Below, piece after piece: positions 21,494-31,717 of a stretch of DNA of 64,000 nt. The notes beneath the pieces were generated by a model. The model saw only the letters and a program-made list of their open reading frames with translations. It was not told the origin of the DNA and did not search any database. The stretch comes from Spirochaetota bacterium. GTDB taxonomy: Bacteria > Spirochaetota > UBA4802 > UBA5550. Made by a program: the position numbers and the translations under genes. Location: contig CAXXHB010000003.1 in NCBI GenBank assembly GCA_963664815.2, forward strand, positions 672,001 through 736,000, given 5' to 3'. Every line of letters starts with the position of its first letter. The first letter of the stretch is position 1.

Positions 21494-21951
21494 AATTTAC
21501 CTCAGCTAAAATATCAAAATGCAATATATTTTATAAAAACACATGTTAATAAAAACTCTGAAATGTCAATAAAATCCGGTTTTTTACTGAAAATATTAAG
21601 CATCCTTCAGACAGCAAATCAAACACTCGAATTTTAATTAACTGATACAGACAGATAAGGGATCTGGCAACAGAGAATTACTTTTTGCTTCCGATAAGGA
21701 ATGGTATGTCTCCCGAATCAGGGGTTGTGAAGTGGATTTTTTGTGCGGTTCACTGTTGCCGATAACCCGGATGTCTCGGAAGATATTAAACTTTATACCC
21801 GGAAGATTTCCTGTGCTGTGAGTAAAACAGTTCTGACAGAGCTACTGTGAAATCTTGCAAAACAGAAGAAGTACCGGTATTTTGAAACTTTTTGAAAAAA
21901 CAGCTTGCGAACAACGGTTGCAGCTTCTATTATTTTATAATGGTGTGATAA

Positions 21952-22386
21952 ATGGAAAGTTCATTAAGACCAAAGCGCGCAGTATTTGTCGCGATTATGA
22001 CAATGATAAATTCATCATTAGCTGTCTTAATTGCCATAGCTGGATTAACAGATAAATCATCCGGGTATTCAGTAATCGAGACAGTTGTGTTTACTTTAAT
22101 TGTTGGCGTTATCCTGGGATCAGGTTTTTTTGTTTTGTCGGTATTTTTACTTAAGATGAAGAAATCAGCATATATTATTTTTACAGTCTTTTACGGCATC
22201 ATGACCCTTCTTTCAATAATTACATTTACAGGATCTGTATACTATGATTTCATTATCAGGAAGCAGGATTTTACATGGTCTATATCAAGAAATTTTATGT
22301 TTATGGTTTATTTTTTATATTTTTCACCGCTCTTTATCAGCCTGATAACGATAAGAAAGTATTTTAATAAAAAACAGGCGGCTTAA
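21952..22386 (+). CDS. Hypothetical membrane protein (~4 TM)
   Basis: Four hydrophobic segments. Confidence 0.7.
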   Translation: MESSLRPKRAVFVAIMTMINSSLAVLIAIAGLTDKSSGYSVIETVVFTLIVGVILGSGFFVLSVFLLKMKKSAYIIFTVFYGIMTLLSIITFTGSVYYDFIIRKQDFTWSISRNFMFMVYFLYFSPLFISLITIRKYFNKKQAA

Positions 22387-22437
22387 TGTGTATCTCTTTA
22401 AAATGATGCAATAATACGGCAAGTTATAGGAGAATTT

Positions 22438-23067
22438 ATGCTGATAAACAATCATTTCTATTCTTCGTGGTTTCCTTTTCTCCTGATGATACCCTTTTTA
22501 TGTGCTGCTGTTTTTATAATCTTAAAACGTCATACGCTGTTTAAATCTGTTGAGCAGTTTGTTTATTTAATCTCCCTGGGCCTGGGGTTCCTGTTTTTAA
22601 TTATTTTTCTTCTGATAGATTCAACAACAGGCCAGGTATGGATAATTACCAGAGGCATGGATGGATCAATTGTCAAAGATGAAAAAAGGCTGATGTGGTA
22701 TAGCAGTTACCATTTATCAAATGGGACAAAAGTTCAGCTTCATTCCACTGAATACCTCCTTGTGAATGATACAGATGTTCCGCTTACAGTTATTCCGGTA
22801 GTTTATATAAGCCGGAATTTTATCGGTAGTATTGAGGAATACCGGAAAAATAAAGATAAATATAGTAAAAATAAGAAGGCACAGAACTTTGTTAACTATA
22901 TTAATGAAAGGGTATTCAAAGGATTAAGAATTACAAAACCATTTTCAACGAGTGAGCATTCTTATTTGAAGTATTTTGGTTATAAAGAGGAGGCACCTAA
23001 GGAGAATGAATCTGTAAGCAGCACTGAGTCCAATAAAGTATCATCCTGGGCATGGGTTTTATACTGA
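22438..23067 (+). CDS. Hypothetical membrane-anchored protein
   Basis: AGGAG RBS, two N-terminal TM helices, soluble C-terminal domain. Confidence 0.7.
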   Translation: MLINNHFYSSWFPFLLMIPFLCAAVFIILKRHTLFKSVEQFVYLISLGLGFLFLIIFLLIDSTTGQVWIITRGMDGSIVKDEKRLMWYSSYHLSNGTKVQLHSTEYLLVNDTDVPLTVIPVVYISRNFIGSIEEYRKNKDKYSKNKKAQNFVNYINERVFKGLRITKPFSTSEHSYLKYFGYKEEAPKENESVSSTESNKVSSWAWVLY

Positions 23068-23112
23068 TTAAAAAATACAGAAAAAAATATATTAAAGTGC
23101 AAAATTGAATTT

Positions 23113-23208
23113 TAATACCCCAGCCGCCTTTGGCGACTTGGGTATTAGTACGTCAGGCAGATGCTATTACCGTAACAATCACCGCCGCCTTTGGCGGCGG
23201 GGGTATTA
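23113..23208. repeat. Pair of related GC-rich palindromes (REP- or IS200/IS605-end-like)
   Basis: TAATACCCCAGCCGCCTTTGGCGACTTGGGTATTA and CACCGCCGCCTTTGGCGGCGGGGGTATTA in tandem. Confidence 0.7.
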
Positions 23209-23277
23209 GAGCATTTTATGCATATAATAAGTTAAGGAATTAATATTGAAAAAAATATTTTTCGAGTAAAATTCATT

Positions 23278-24003
23278 ATGATAAAGAATAAAATAATGCA
23301 GATAATTGAGAAAACCGGTGTTTTTATTTTCGGGATCATGATGCTCGCTGTTGCTGCTGCGATTATATATTTGACATTAACTGAATATATTTTTATAACT
23401 CTGAATCCTTCTACTCCAGCCATGATTACTGTTGATCAGTTAGACAAAGGGCATTTCCCGTATTTTATTTCAATGATGACCGGAAAGATCGATTATAACG
23501 ATTGCCGAGTAATTGTTGAGATGGGGATAATCAATAATAGATATTATAAAAGGGGAAAGGCATACCTCTATGTTTTCAGAGATGAATCATCTGATAAAGG
23601 TATTTATATTTTAACTAAATATGAGCCGGCTGATCTGATGAAAAAATATTCACCGGGTAAGATTCATAAATTAGCAGGAGTCTGGGAGAAATGGGGGCAT
23701 ACCTTTGATCTTGAGAAAGATCTTCGTACGATTGACAATTCGAAAATGATGAAGGATGCCGGGTGGTATAAAAATTTCAACAATGAGACAAATGTGATGC
23801 AGGATATAAAAAAAATGGGGAGAGTAATGAGCAGAATGCCTCTCTCTTCAGGATATCTTAATATAGACTACAAAGAGAATTATAAAAACCCTGGTGATTA
23901 TTTATGGGGTTTGTTTTTTACCGGTGTCTCCGGGATTTTTATTTACCTTATAGTATTTATATTATATAAAACAATATCATTGAAATTTTCAAAAGATCAG
24001 TAG
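23278..24003 (+). CDS. Hypothetical membrane protein (TM - extracytoplasmic domain - TM)
   Basis: 241-aa ORF with terminal hydrophobic helices. Confidence 0.7.
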   Translation: MIKNKIMQIIEKTGVFIFGIMMLAVAAAIIYLTLTEYIFITLNPSTPAMITVDQLDKGHFPYFISMMTGKIDYNDCRVIVEMGIINNRYYKRGKAYLYVFRDESSDKGIYILTKYEPADLMKKYSPGKIHKLAGVWEKWGHTFDLEKDLRTIDNSKMMKDAGWYKNFNNETNVMQDIKKMGRVMSRMPLSSGYLNIDYKENYKNPGDYLWGLFFTGVSGIFIYLIVFILYKTISLKFSKDQ

Positions 24004-24188
24004 CCTGTTATTTTGAAATTGGAAAAACCGGAAGTTATATGCTGATATATTTTTCCAGTATTCTTCTGTATTAAAATCAATGAAGGTTGATTATCTATCT
24101 TGCGGTAATGAGACTCTGACATTGAAAGGAAGAGAAAATATCCGGCAATGTAGATTATATATACGAATAAAGGTTAAAATGGTGATAC

Positions 24189-24650
24189 ATGAAAAGATTA
24201 TTTTTAATTATGCTGTTACTGAGTGTTTCTTGTAATACCTTTACCAAAATGCCTCATCACAAAAATATAATTATCCAGTTCCGTCTCGTTGCAGAAGCAG
24301 ATGATGAGAATTCTGAAACATTTATTCTTAAAGGGAGAGGAGAGGAATTTAAACTTTCAAAGCATGTTGAGATAGATCAGGATGACTTTAGTTATGCGGA
24401 AGCGTCTAAAACAGAGTACAGCATGGACTGTATTGATTTTCAACTTAACAGCGCTGGTACTGAAAAGCTCTCCGCTCTCACAGCTCACGTATGGGAAGAA
24501 AACTACAATATGCAGCTGGGAGTAGTTATAGATAATCAGCTGGTCAATGTCGCGAGGATCAAAGAACATATAACAGGCGGCAAGGGACGGATTGCAGGAA
24601 AATTCACCAAACAGGAAGTTGCTGATATTGTCAAAAGAATCAATGAGTAG
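24189..24650 (+). CDS. Lipoprotein with stand-alone SecDF P1 head subdomain
   Basis: Lipobox-like LLSVSC; FRLV...IDFQLNSAGTEKL..LT...QLGVVID...I.EHI.GG...IAG.FT..E; no SecD TM segments. Confidence 0.8.
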   Translation: MKRLFLIMLLLSVSCNTFTKMPHHKNIIIQFRLVAEADDENSETFILKGRGEEFKLSKHVEIDQDDFSYAEASKTEYSMDCIDFQLNSAGTEKLSALTAHVWEENYNMQLGVVIDNQLVNVARIKEHITGGKGRIAGKFTKQEVADIVKRINE

Positions 24651-24767
24651 AATTCAAAGGGGTATATTAACAAGCTGAATTTCCTGTATCAAAAACATGA
24701 AAAATTGAATTGTTCTCCAGAAATATATACTATTAGACAATGAAACGTAATTTTCAGGAGAATATGT

Positions 24768-26774
24768 ATGATGAATGTGAAAGGGTTGAATTCCAGGATA
24801 AGTATTATTATGGGTACTGTGATTGTTGCCGGTATCGGGGTAATGATAGTTCTTTCATACTGGAGTAATCTGAACCAGATAAAAAATATCGAGATCAACA
24901 AGGTGCAGCACGTATCGGGATTTGTAAAAAACTGTATAAATAATAATTATAGTAAATCCAGAATTATTCTTGATGCGATCGGTTGCGATGAATCGATGCT
25001 TAAGCTTTTCGCCTCCCGCGACAGAGAGGGTCTGATCAGGCATTGTTCAGGTCTGTATAATAAGTTAAAAGAGAACGGAGTACAGCAGTTTCATTTTCAT
25101 TTACCCCCTGCAACCTCTTTCGTAAGGTTTCATGATTATGAAAAATACGGGGATGATATGTCTAACCAGCGTTTTACCGTTGTTGAAGCTAACCGTCAGA
25201 AGAAAAGTATCCAGGGTCTTGAGGAGGGAAAGGGAGGAATCGGAATAAGATTTGTGCAGCCCCTTTTTTACCGGGGAATACATATAGGTTCTTTCGAGAT
25301 CGGAGGAAGTCTGGGTGAAAAATTCCTTAATAATCTGAGAGAGTTTCAACCGGGTGAATATTATGTTCATAGGGTGGAATTATCTCCTTCAACGGGAAAT
25401 ATTGTCAGGGATGATATTATTGCCGGTGATACCGGCAGATTGTCTGTAAGTTCGGAAATTCTTGGAAAATATCTTCCCGGTATTCTTGGGAAAGAAACTG
25501 TTTTTTTTCAGAAAGGCAGCAGACTGCATATACTCATACCTCTGGTCGATTTTAAAGAAGCTGTTATAGGGTATATACATGCGGACGCGGACAGGAGCGA
25601 TATAACACGTGAACAGACGGCGGCCCTTATCAGGGCGATTATTTCAGGGATTATTCTTATACTCTCCGTTCTTGCTGTCCTTGCTTATTATAATAAAAAA
25701 ATAATCATCCGGCCGATCAAAACCATCAGAAACAGGTTCGAGGAATATGCCGAAACAGGTAAACTTGATGAAGTTCTCAGTATTTCTTCAAAAGATGAAT
25801 TTGGGGAGCTGGCAGGTTATATTAATTCTTTCATGATTAAGATACAGCAGATAATAGAAGGCGTTGTTGAAACGACAGGTTTACTCGTAAATTCATCAGG
25901 GGATATGTCCAACTCCGCACAGTCATTTTCAAACCATGCCCAGTCGCAGGCATCATCAGTGGAGGAGATGTCAGCTGCGGTTGAGGAGCTTGTGGCCAGT
26001 GTGGATAGTATAGGAACCAGGCTGAATTCACAATTTAAAGCATTCGGCAATGTTATAGTAAAAATGGGGGATCTGTCATCCGTGATTAACATGATAGGTG
26101 ATATAAGCAGGGATTCCGAATCAGGTATTGCTTCCCTTGTCAGCAGCTCTGACGATTCTGAAAAGAATATGAACCTGCTGAAGCAGAGTATTAACTCAAT
26201 TCTGGTGAGTTCTAAAGAGATGGAATCCGTATTGAGGATTATTAATGAAATATCTGAAAAAATCAATCTTTTATCCCTGAATGCCGCTATTGAGGCTGCG
26301 AGGGCGGGTGAAAAGGGGAGAGGTTTTGCCGTAGTGGCGGATGAAATTTCAAAACTGGCCGAGCAGACGGCAGCAAGTCTCGGGGATGTGTCAAAGCTTA
26401 TAAACAAAAATAATGAACACATATCATCTGGAATAATGACCGCTGATGAGAGCATTAATTCAATTACGAATATCAATGACGGTATTAAAAAAATGGATCT
26501 ATTTATAAAAGATGTGAGAAGATTAATAACTGATCAGTTCGATTACAAGGAAAACATAAATTCTGAGCTTGAAACGATAAAAATGCTTTCGGGTGAAATA
26601 AAAACTTCGATTGAAGAACAGCGGGCGGCGTCAAATGAAATAATACTTTCAATAGGGAGCATAAACGAATCAATACAGGCTAATGCATCGGGCGCGGAGG
26701 AGATTTCGTCAGGGGTTGTTCTTATTGAGAAGCAATCTCTGAAATTAAAAGACAGAATACAGTTTTTTGTTTAA
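24768..26774 (+). CDS. Methyl-accepting chemotaxis protein (Cache - HAMP - MA domain)
   Basis: [16 protein letters not shown]...GDD Cache domain, [42 protein letters not shown]. Confidence 0.95.
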   Translation: MMNVKGLNSRISIIMGTVIVAGIGVMIVLSYWSNLNQIKNIEINKVQHVSGFVKNCINNNYSKSRIILDAIGCDESMLKLFASRDREGLIRHCSGLYNKLKENGVQQFHFHLPPATSFVRFHDYEKYGDDMSNQRFTVVEANRQKKSIQGLEEGKGGIGIRFVQPLFYRGIHIGSFEIGGSLGEKFLNNLREFQPGEYYVHRVELSPSTGNIVRDDIIAGDTGRLSVSSEILGKYLPGILGKETVFFQKGSRLHILIPLVDFKEAVIGYIHADADRSDITREQTAALIRAIISGIILILSVLAVLAYYNKKIIIRPIKTIRNRFEEYAETGKLDEVLSISSKDEFGELAGYINSFMIKIQQIIEGVVETTGLLVNSSGDMSNSAQSFSNHAQSQASSVEEMSAAVEELVASVDSIGTRLNSQFKAFGNVIVKMGDLSSVINMIGDISRDSESGIASLVSSSDDSEKNMNLLKQSINSILVSSKEMESVLRIINEISEKINLLSLNAAIEAARAGEKGRGFAVVADEISKLAEQTAASLGDVSKLINKNNEHISSGIMTADESINSITNINDGIKKMDLFIKDVRRLITDQFDYKENINSELETIKMLSGEIKTSIEEQRAASNEIILSIGSINESIQANASGAEEISSGVVLIEKQSLKLKDRIQFFV

Positions 26775-27125
26775 AACCATGCTGCGGTATAGTTACAGGA
26801 GTTTAGCTTACCTCGTAACCACAGTAAAATTTCATTGACTGATGCTGATAAAGGATTGGGGTGTCAACTCAGAATTAATTTGATTCTTCTGATTAATATC
26901 ATTAAGTCCCCTGAATCAGGAATGGTCCATGATATTGAGGGTGCTGTAGTTCATGGGATTTCCTGTTATGGGTGTGATACCTCCTTTAATTTATTTTACC
27001 ATGTTTAACATAGTAATGTGGTCGCTCATGTGCATCCATGCACTCGCGACATTAGTACCTCCGTGTCTGTCATCCCTGGCCGATTATCAATTGGCTGGTA
27101 CACGAAAAATTTGAAGGTAACACCT

Positions 27126-27340
27126 ATATTATCTGTATCAAAAACAGAACTCAAAGCGAAGATGCTGGAATACTTCCGCAGGGTGGAGCAGACCGGCGAA
27201 GAAATTATTGTCACAAACAACCGTGTGCCTGTTCTGAAAGTCTCACCATTAAAAAAAATAAAAGCCCTTAGGAGGTATTTGCCGGTTTTCAGGTGAAGGT
27301 CATATATAAAGAAGACATCCTTATGTTGCCAGTACCGGGG
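27126..27340 (+). pseudogene. Phd/YefM antitoxin pseudogene
   Basis: GAAGGT RBS then ATA where ATG is expected; (I)LSVSKTELKAKMLEYFRRVEQTGEEIIVTNNRVPVLKVSP; frame breaks at an A-run near 27250; no toxin follows. Confidence 0.7.
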
Positions 27341-27366
27341 CATTGAAAAATATTTAAGTGATTAAC
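27329..27366 (+). repeat. Direct repeat copy 1 (partner at 28841-28879)
   Basis: CCAGTACCGGGGCATTGAAAAATATTTAAGTGATTAAC versus CCAGAACCGGGGCAGTACAGGATATTTTAAGTGATTAAC. Confidence 0.7.
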
Positions 27367-27396
27367 ACGGGTAGTATTCTATATAAACAACAATAT

Positions 27397-27439
27397 AAAA
27401 ATCCCCTGATGTGAATATAGGTCACACATCAGGGGATTT
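27397..27439 (-). terminator. Intrinsic terminator after the NAD(P)H oxidoreductase gene
   Basis: 15-bp stem AAATCCCCTGATGTG / CACATCAGGGGATTT followed by T's on the minus strand. Confidence 0.8.
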
Positions 27440-27463
27440 AAGGATGAATTTTTAAGCAGTTTA

Positions 27464-28042
27464 TCACAACGCATTGATGGATTTTTCCGCTTCAGCAAGA
27501 TATTTCTTTCTTGTACCGTCATCTACAGAAGGTACGGCGCCGAAGAAAAAGTGTTCAACATCTGTCATGCCGCAGAACCTGAAAATTCCAATGTCCTGTA
27601 CCTGTTTCATTGAAGCATGCATACCGTTTGAGGCATACACTTCATCAGGAGTACCTGTTGTACTGAAAAGTCTTACCCTTTTGCCATTCAGAAATCCTCT
27701 GGCGCCGTTTGCGGTGAATTCGTAGGCAAAACCATGGGCGTAAACCCTGTCGATATACCCTTTGAGTATTGCGGGCAGACCGGTCCACCAGACCGGATAT
27801 ACGAAGGATATTATTTCCGCCCATGTCACAAGATCCTGCTCCGCTTTGATATCCGCCGGAACCCTGCCGCTGCCGAATTCTTTAAAATCAGCTGCGCTAA
27901 GTACAGGGTTGAAACCTTCAGCATAGAGATCCTTAATTTTTGTCTCAAATCCCTTTTTCATTGACGCCTTTTCGATTGTGTTCACAATCGCTTTTCCGAA
28001 ACTGTTTGTGTTCGGGTGTGCAAAAACTATCAGGTGGTTCAT
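27464..28042 (-). CDS. NAD(P)H-dependent oxidoreductase (flavodoxin-like fold, MdaB/KefF family)
   Basis: AHP...SF, DLY..GFNPVL, YPVWWTGLPAILKGYIDRV. Confidence 0.93.
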   Translation of the reverse strand: MNHLIVFAHPNTNSFGKAIVNTIEKASMKKGFETKIKDLYAEGFNPVLSAADFKEFGSGRVPADIKAEQDLVTWAEIISFVYPVWWTGLPAILKGYIDRVYAHGFAYEFTANGARGFLNGKRVRLFSTTGTPDEVYASNGMHASMKQVQDIGIFRFCGMTDVEHFFFGAVPSVDDGTRKKYLAEAEKSINAL

Positions 28043-28082
28043 GTTCTTTTACTCCTTTCTTTAATATTGCGTTATCAATAAT

Positions 28083-28096
28083 GTTCGACGTCGAAC
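28083..28096. promoter_or_regulatory. Putative MarR operator upstream of the oxidoreductase gene
   Basis: Perfect palindrome GTTCGACGTCGAAC; near-identical copy at 28628-28641. Confidence 0.8.
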
Positions 28097-28189
28097 TATT
28101 CTTTAAAACTGACCCTCATAAAATGAAAACAAGACCGAACCCTTTTTCACAGCTGATCATTCCGGTCATTAAGGAAATTCCCTTAAAAC

Positions 28190-28615
28190 TTATTCCAGAT
28201 TGATTTTAATCTTATTAAGTATTTCAAGGACATCTCTTTTCTCCGTTTCGGAAACTCCTTTGTAAACTGTACCGAGCAGAGTTTGTGAAACCTTATCAAA
28301 TATCTTCTGAAGAGAACGACCCTCCGGTGTAAGACGGACAAGATTTATACGGCTGTCATCAGGATCAGATGTTTTTTTTACATATCCTAAATTCTCCAGC
28401 TTCTCCACAAGAGTTGTGACAGTATTCTTTTTTTTATTGATAGCGGATGCCAGCTCAGACATCGGGATAGAATCTGCCCGAAACAGCCTTATTAGAATAT
28501 CGCCATGGGACGGAACTATTCCTTTTATACCGTTTTTTTCAAGTTCACTTATAATCAGTTCATTTGCCTTATGCCTGATCTGTGAAATAAGCGATATTAT
28601 CTGTCCTTCTCTCAT
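28190..28615 (-). CDS. MarR family transcriptional regulator
   Basis: SELA......TVT.LVEKLE..GYV......D.R...V.LT..G winged-helix pattern. Confidence 0.95.
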   Translation of the reverse strand: MREGQIISLISQIRHKANELIISELEKNGIKGIVPSHGDILIRLFRADSIPMSELASAINKKKNTVTTLVEKLENLGYVKKTSDPDDSRINLVRLTPEGRSLQKIFDKVSQTLLGTVYKGVSETEKRDVLEILNKIKINLE

Positions 28616-28621
28616 AAAAAC

Positions 28622-28650
28622 AAAATAGTTCGATGTCGAACAATTGTCAA
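28622..28650 (-). promoter_or_regulatory. Sigma70-like promoter of marR with operator in the spacer (probably leaderless)
   Basis: TTGACA(28650-28645)-17 nt-TATTTT(28627-28622); spacer contains GTTCGACATCGAAC; ATG lies 6 nt after the -10 box with no RBS. Confidence 0.7.
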
Positions 28651-28840
28651 GCCTTTTTTTAATTTTTTCATGAACACGGTTTGCCTGAGAGCAGTAGTCC
28701 GAATCTTTTCATCCCTTCAGGTAGTACTTATTTATTATATGGAAGAGATTTAAAGTATTTTGTTTTCGATGTTTTGATATGATTTGCGCCCCGGTTGGTG
28801 AGCCTGCCGAGCCACAGTATATGTAAGTAACAGTATGCCA

Positions 28841-28879
28841 CCAGAACCGGGGCAGTACAGGATATTTTAAGTGATTAAC
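28841..28879 (+). repeat. Direct repeat copy 2 (partner at 27329-27366)
   Basis: See copy 1. Confidence 0.7.
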
Positions 28880-28907
28880 CGGAGCAGTTACATATATTAA
28901 AAAAATT

Positions 28908-28959
28908 CCTTCATACACCCTCCGTATATCCTCCGTACATCCTTCGATAACCCTGCATA
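28908..28959. repeat. Degenerate 11-bp tandem repeat
   Basis: CCTTCATACAC CCTCCGTATAT CCTCCGTACAT CCTTCGATAAC CCTGCATA. Confidence 0.75.
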
Positions 28960-29018
28960 AAAGAGGTACACTATACAGTTAGATGCTTTACTTTAAGTTC
29001 CCGGAATGATTTTGTAAA

Positions 29019-29456
29019 TTAAATTTTCTTGTTATCAACTTGAAAAATGTTTTCGAATTCATTGGCCGTTATAATTCTGATATTTCTATATGGATCGAGG
29101 ACAAGAAGATCATGGTCTCCGGTAATCAGATAGTCAACCTGTGCGGATATAGCAAGTTCAAGCAGAAAGTTATCTTTTATATCCCTGCAGTCATTGATTT
29201 TACAGTCTGTTTTTACGAAGATAATTTTTTCGTCCAAAAGTGAAATCAATTCATATAATTGATTTTTTGAAATTATTTTCTGTATACGGGGATATTCAAT
29301 AACTTTTACAATCTCTTCAAACAGTTCCTCGGAAAAGTATATCCTGACTTTTCCTTGAATTAGCATTTCTTTCAGGGAGGTTAACTTTTTGCCGATAAGC
29401 ATCCCTATCCATAAATTGGTATCAACTATGATTTTTGTAGCGTTCTGATCTGACAT
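29019..29456 (-). CDS. PIN-domain toxin of a type II toxin-antitoxin pair
   Basis: IIVDTNLWI...E...CRDIKDNFLLELAI...DYLITGDHDLLVL. Confidence 0.92.
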   Translation of the reverse strand: MSDQNATKIIVDTNLWIGMLIGKKLTSLKEMLIQGKVRIYFSEELFEEIVKVIEYPRIQKIISKNQLYELISLLDEKIIFVKTDCKINDCRDIKDNFLLELAISAQVDYLITGDHDLLVLDPYRNIRIITANEFENIFQVDNKKI

Positions 29457-29643
29457 GTTCAACTATTTCGGTAATTTCATCATCTGTGATATCACCTGAT
29501 TTAAATTCATTAAAGAGTGCTTTAATGCGGTATTGAATAATGTCATCTTTGATTTTGCTGTAAAGCTTTAATTTTTCATCAAGAGGCATTTTCGCTGCTG
29601 CATCAATGATTTGTTCAGAGTCTATATTCATGTTTATCTGCAT
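29422..29643 (-). CDS. Putative antitoxin for the PIN toxin
   Basis: Small gene with GGAG RBS overlapping the toxin start; acidic C-terminus ITDDEITEIVEHVR. Confidence 0.75.
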   Translation of the reverse strand: MQINMNIDSEQIIDAAAKMPLDEKLKLYSKIKDDIIQYRIKALFNEFKSGDITDDEITEIVEHVRSERYKNHS

Positions 29644-29885
29644 TATTGTATTTTCTCCGTTCAGTATCAATAACATATAGAAAAGATATAAAAAGTATGA
29701 GGTCAAGTCGAAAATTATTAATACAGAAATTTCCGTCTTAAATGCACTCCATTATATAATGATATAAGCAGATGTCTTGCTGTTCTAAGCTTCATGTAAC
29801 AGAATATGGATCAAAAAAGAATAATTTCTTTCCCTGTTTTTTTGCTCATAAATTCCTGAAGAAAAGCAGATCGGGAGAGAGAGGG

Positions 29886-30539
29886 TTATTCCTTCGCTCC
29901 TGCCTTTTTAAGCAGATCAACAATTTCTTTATAACCTTTTTTAGCAGCCAGCATTAAAGAGGTATTCTCGTCGTCATCTTTTACTTTTATATCAGCTCCT
30001 TTGGCCAGCAGAAGTTTTACAATTTCCACATGCCCGTTTTCGGAGGCAAAGAGTAATGGTGTTTTGTTGAAGTTATATATATCTTTTGCGTTGACATCCG
30101 CTCCCTTATCAAGCAGAAGTTTTACCATTTCTGTATGACCGTTTTTTGATGCAAGGATTAATGATGTTTCACCGTAAACTCCTTTTGTGCTGACATCAGC
30201 CCCTTTACTTAAAAGAAGTCCTGCCATTTCAACATTTCCTTTTTGCGCAGCTATCATAAATGCGGTCCAGCCAGCCGTATTTTTTATTTTTATATCTGCA
30301 TCGTTTTCCAGCAGCACCCTGGCAACTTCAGTTTTACCATTAATTAAAGCGTGCATCAGAGGAGTGCAGTCATCACGATCTTTGGCATTAATATCAGCCT
30401 TTTGTGAAATTAATAGATTAACATTTTTAAGATCACCTTTTTTTGCCGCGGAAAAAAGCTCATCGTTCAGTTTTTTATCTGCCGCAGAACCTGCAACTGT
30501 TATCATGCAAATAAGGGAAGAAACAATTAAATTTTTCAT
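29886..30539 (-). CDS. Exported ankyrin-repeat protein
   Basis: Signal peptide plus about six TPL..A...G..E.V.LLL..GADVN repeats. Confidence 0.95.
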   Translation of the reverse strand: MKNLIVSSLICMITVAGSAADKKLNDELFSAAKKGDLKNVNLLISQKADINAKDRDDCTPLMHALINGKTEVARVLLENDADIKIKNTAGWTAFMIAAQKGNVEMAGLLLSKGADVSTKGVYGETSLILASKNGHTEMVKLLLDKGADVNAKDIYNFNKTPLLFASENGHVEIVKLLLAKGADIKVKDDDENTSLMLAAKKGYKEIVDLLKKAGAKE

Positions 30540-30615
30540 ACGCTGATCCTCTCTGTTTACTGTTACTTTATGTTATAACGCATCTTATTTAATCTGATTA
30601 TTCAAATCTTTTTTA

Positions 30616-31422
30616 TTATTTACCTTTCCATTCATATTTTTCGTGATTAAGCCAGGCCCGCATGGCGCCGGCCGCGTCTTCAGACATCATAGCCCTGTCA
30701 AAACACTCCTGTTCAATAAGCAGAGCCTCTTCGATGTTCTGTTTACGTATTCCCTGCTGTATTGCCGTTTTCGCGGCTGTGAGTGCAACCGGAGCGCGCC
30801 CGGCAAGAACCCGCGCGAATTTTATGGCTTCGGAATTGAAATCTTCAGCTTCATAAAGCCTGTGCACGAGTCCGAGGTCAAATGCTTTTTCAGGTGAGAA
30901 AAGAGAGCCGTGCAGAATAAGATCCAGTGCCCTTGCGGTTCCGGCCATCCGTGCCATGCGTTGGGTTCCCCCTGCTCCGGGGATAATTCCGACGTTTGTT
31001 TCAGGGAGCCCGAATCTGTATTTACCTTTTTTCGCGAGCCGGAAATCGCAGGCAAGAGCGATCTCCCATCCTCCGCCTGTAGCACCTCCGTTAAGCGCTG
31101 CTATTGTTATAAGCCTGCTGTTTTCAAGACTTAAACATAGCCGGTTCATATCGTGGAGTTCCAGCGGTTTACCTGCTGTAGTTTCACCCTGCTGTTTTTC
31201 CGATGTACTGGCAAGCTCACCAATTTCGTAGTGTGCAATAAATATATCAGGGTTTTCGCCGGTGAAGAGCAGTATCCTTACATCGTTATTGTTCTCAAGC
31301 TGCTGCAGCAGATTCAGAAGCTCAATGGCGCCATATTCGTTGAGTGTAAATTTCGGCGGATTGGTAATTGTGCATACGGCTGTATACTCTGATATGCTGA
31401 CTTTTAAATATTTATATTCCAT
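30616..31422 (-). CDS. Enoyl-CoA hydratase/isomerase family protein
   Basis: IAALNGGATGGGWEIALACDFR, GLPETNVGIIPGAGGTQR. Confidence 0.95.
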   Translation of the reverse strand: MEYKYLKVSISEYTAVCTITNPPKFTLNEYGAIELLNLLQQLENNNDVRILLFTGENPDIFIAHYEIGELASTSEKQQGETTAGKPLELHDMNRLCLSLENSRLITIAALNGGATGGGWEIALACDFRLAKKGKYRFGLPETNVGIIPGAGGTQRMARMAGTARALDLILHGSLFSPEKAFDLGLVHRLYEAEDFNSEAIKFARVLAGRAPVALTAAKTAIQQGIRKQNIEEALLIEQECFDRAMMSEDAAGAMRAWLNHEKYEWKGK

Positions 31423-31717
31423 GAATTCTCTCCGATGATTTTATTGTTCTGTTTAACTCAGTGTAATATTTTCTGATACTGCCGTAATGACAGTTAATGT
31501 GCAGTCAGTAAAACTTTACAGATGCTATTTCACAATAGTATATCGCTTATTTCAATTAAAATTTTAACCGGAACCAGCTGATGTTATATTTTCGATTGCT
31601 CGACTTAACTCACTACAGGTAGTTCGGCTTCTATCAATACGGGTAAGGTTAAATGGAGTCTCCTGAATCGGTGGTAGTGCAGGTTCTTGCGGGTGTTTTA
31701 ATACACGGAATTTGCTA

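Noticed and set aside
21952-24650. Integron cassette array (same-strand orphan genes, GTTATAG before 22438)
   Set aside because: No paired RYYYAAC/GTTRRRY boxes with attC hairpins between the genes and no integrase in the window.
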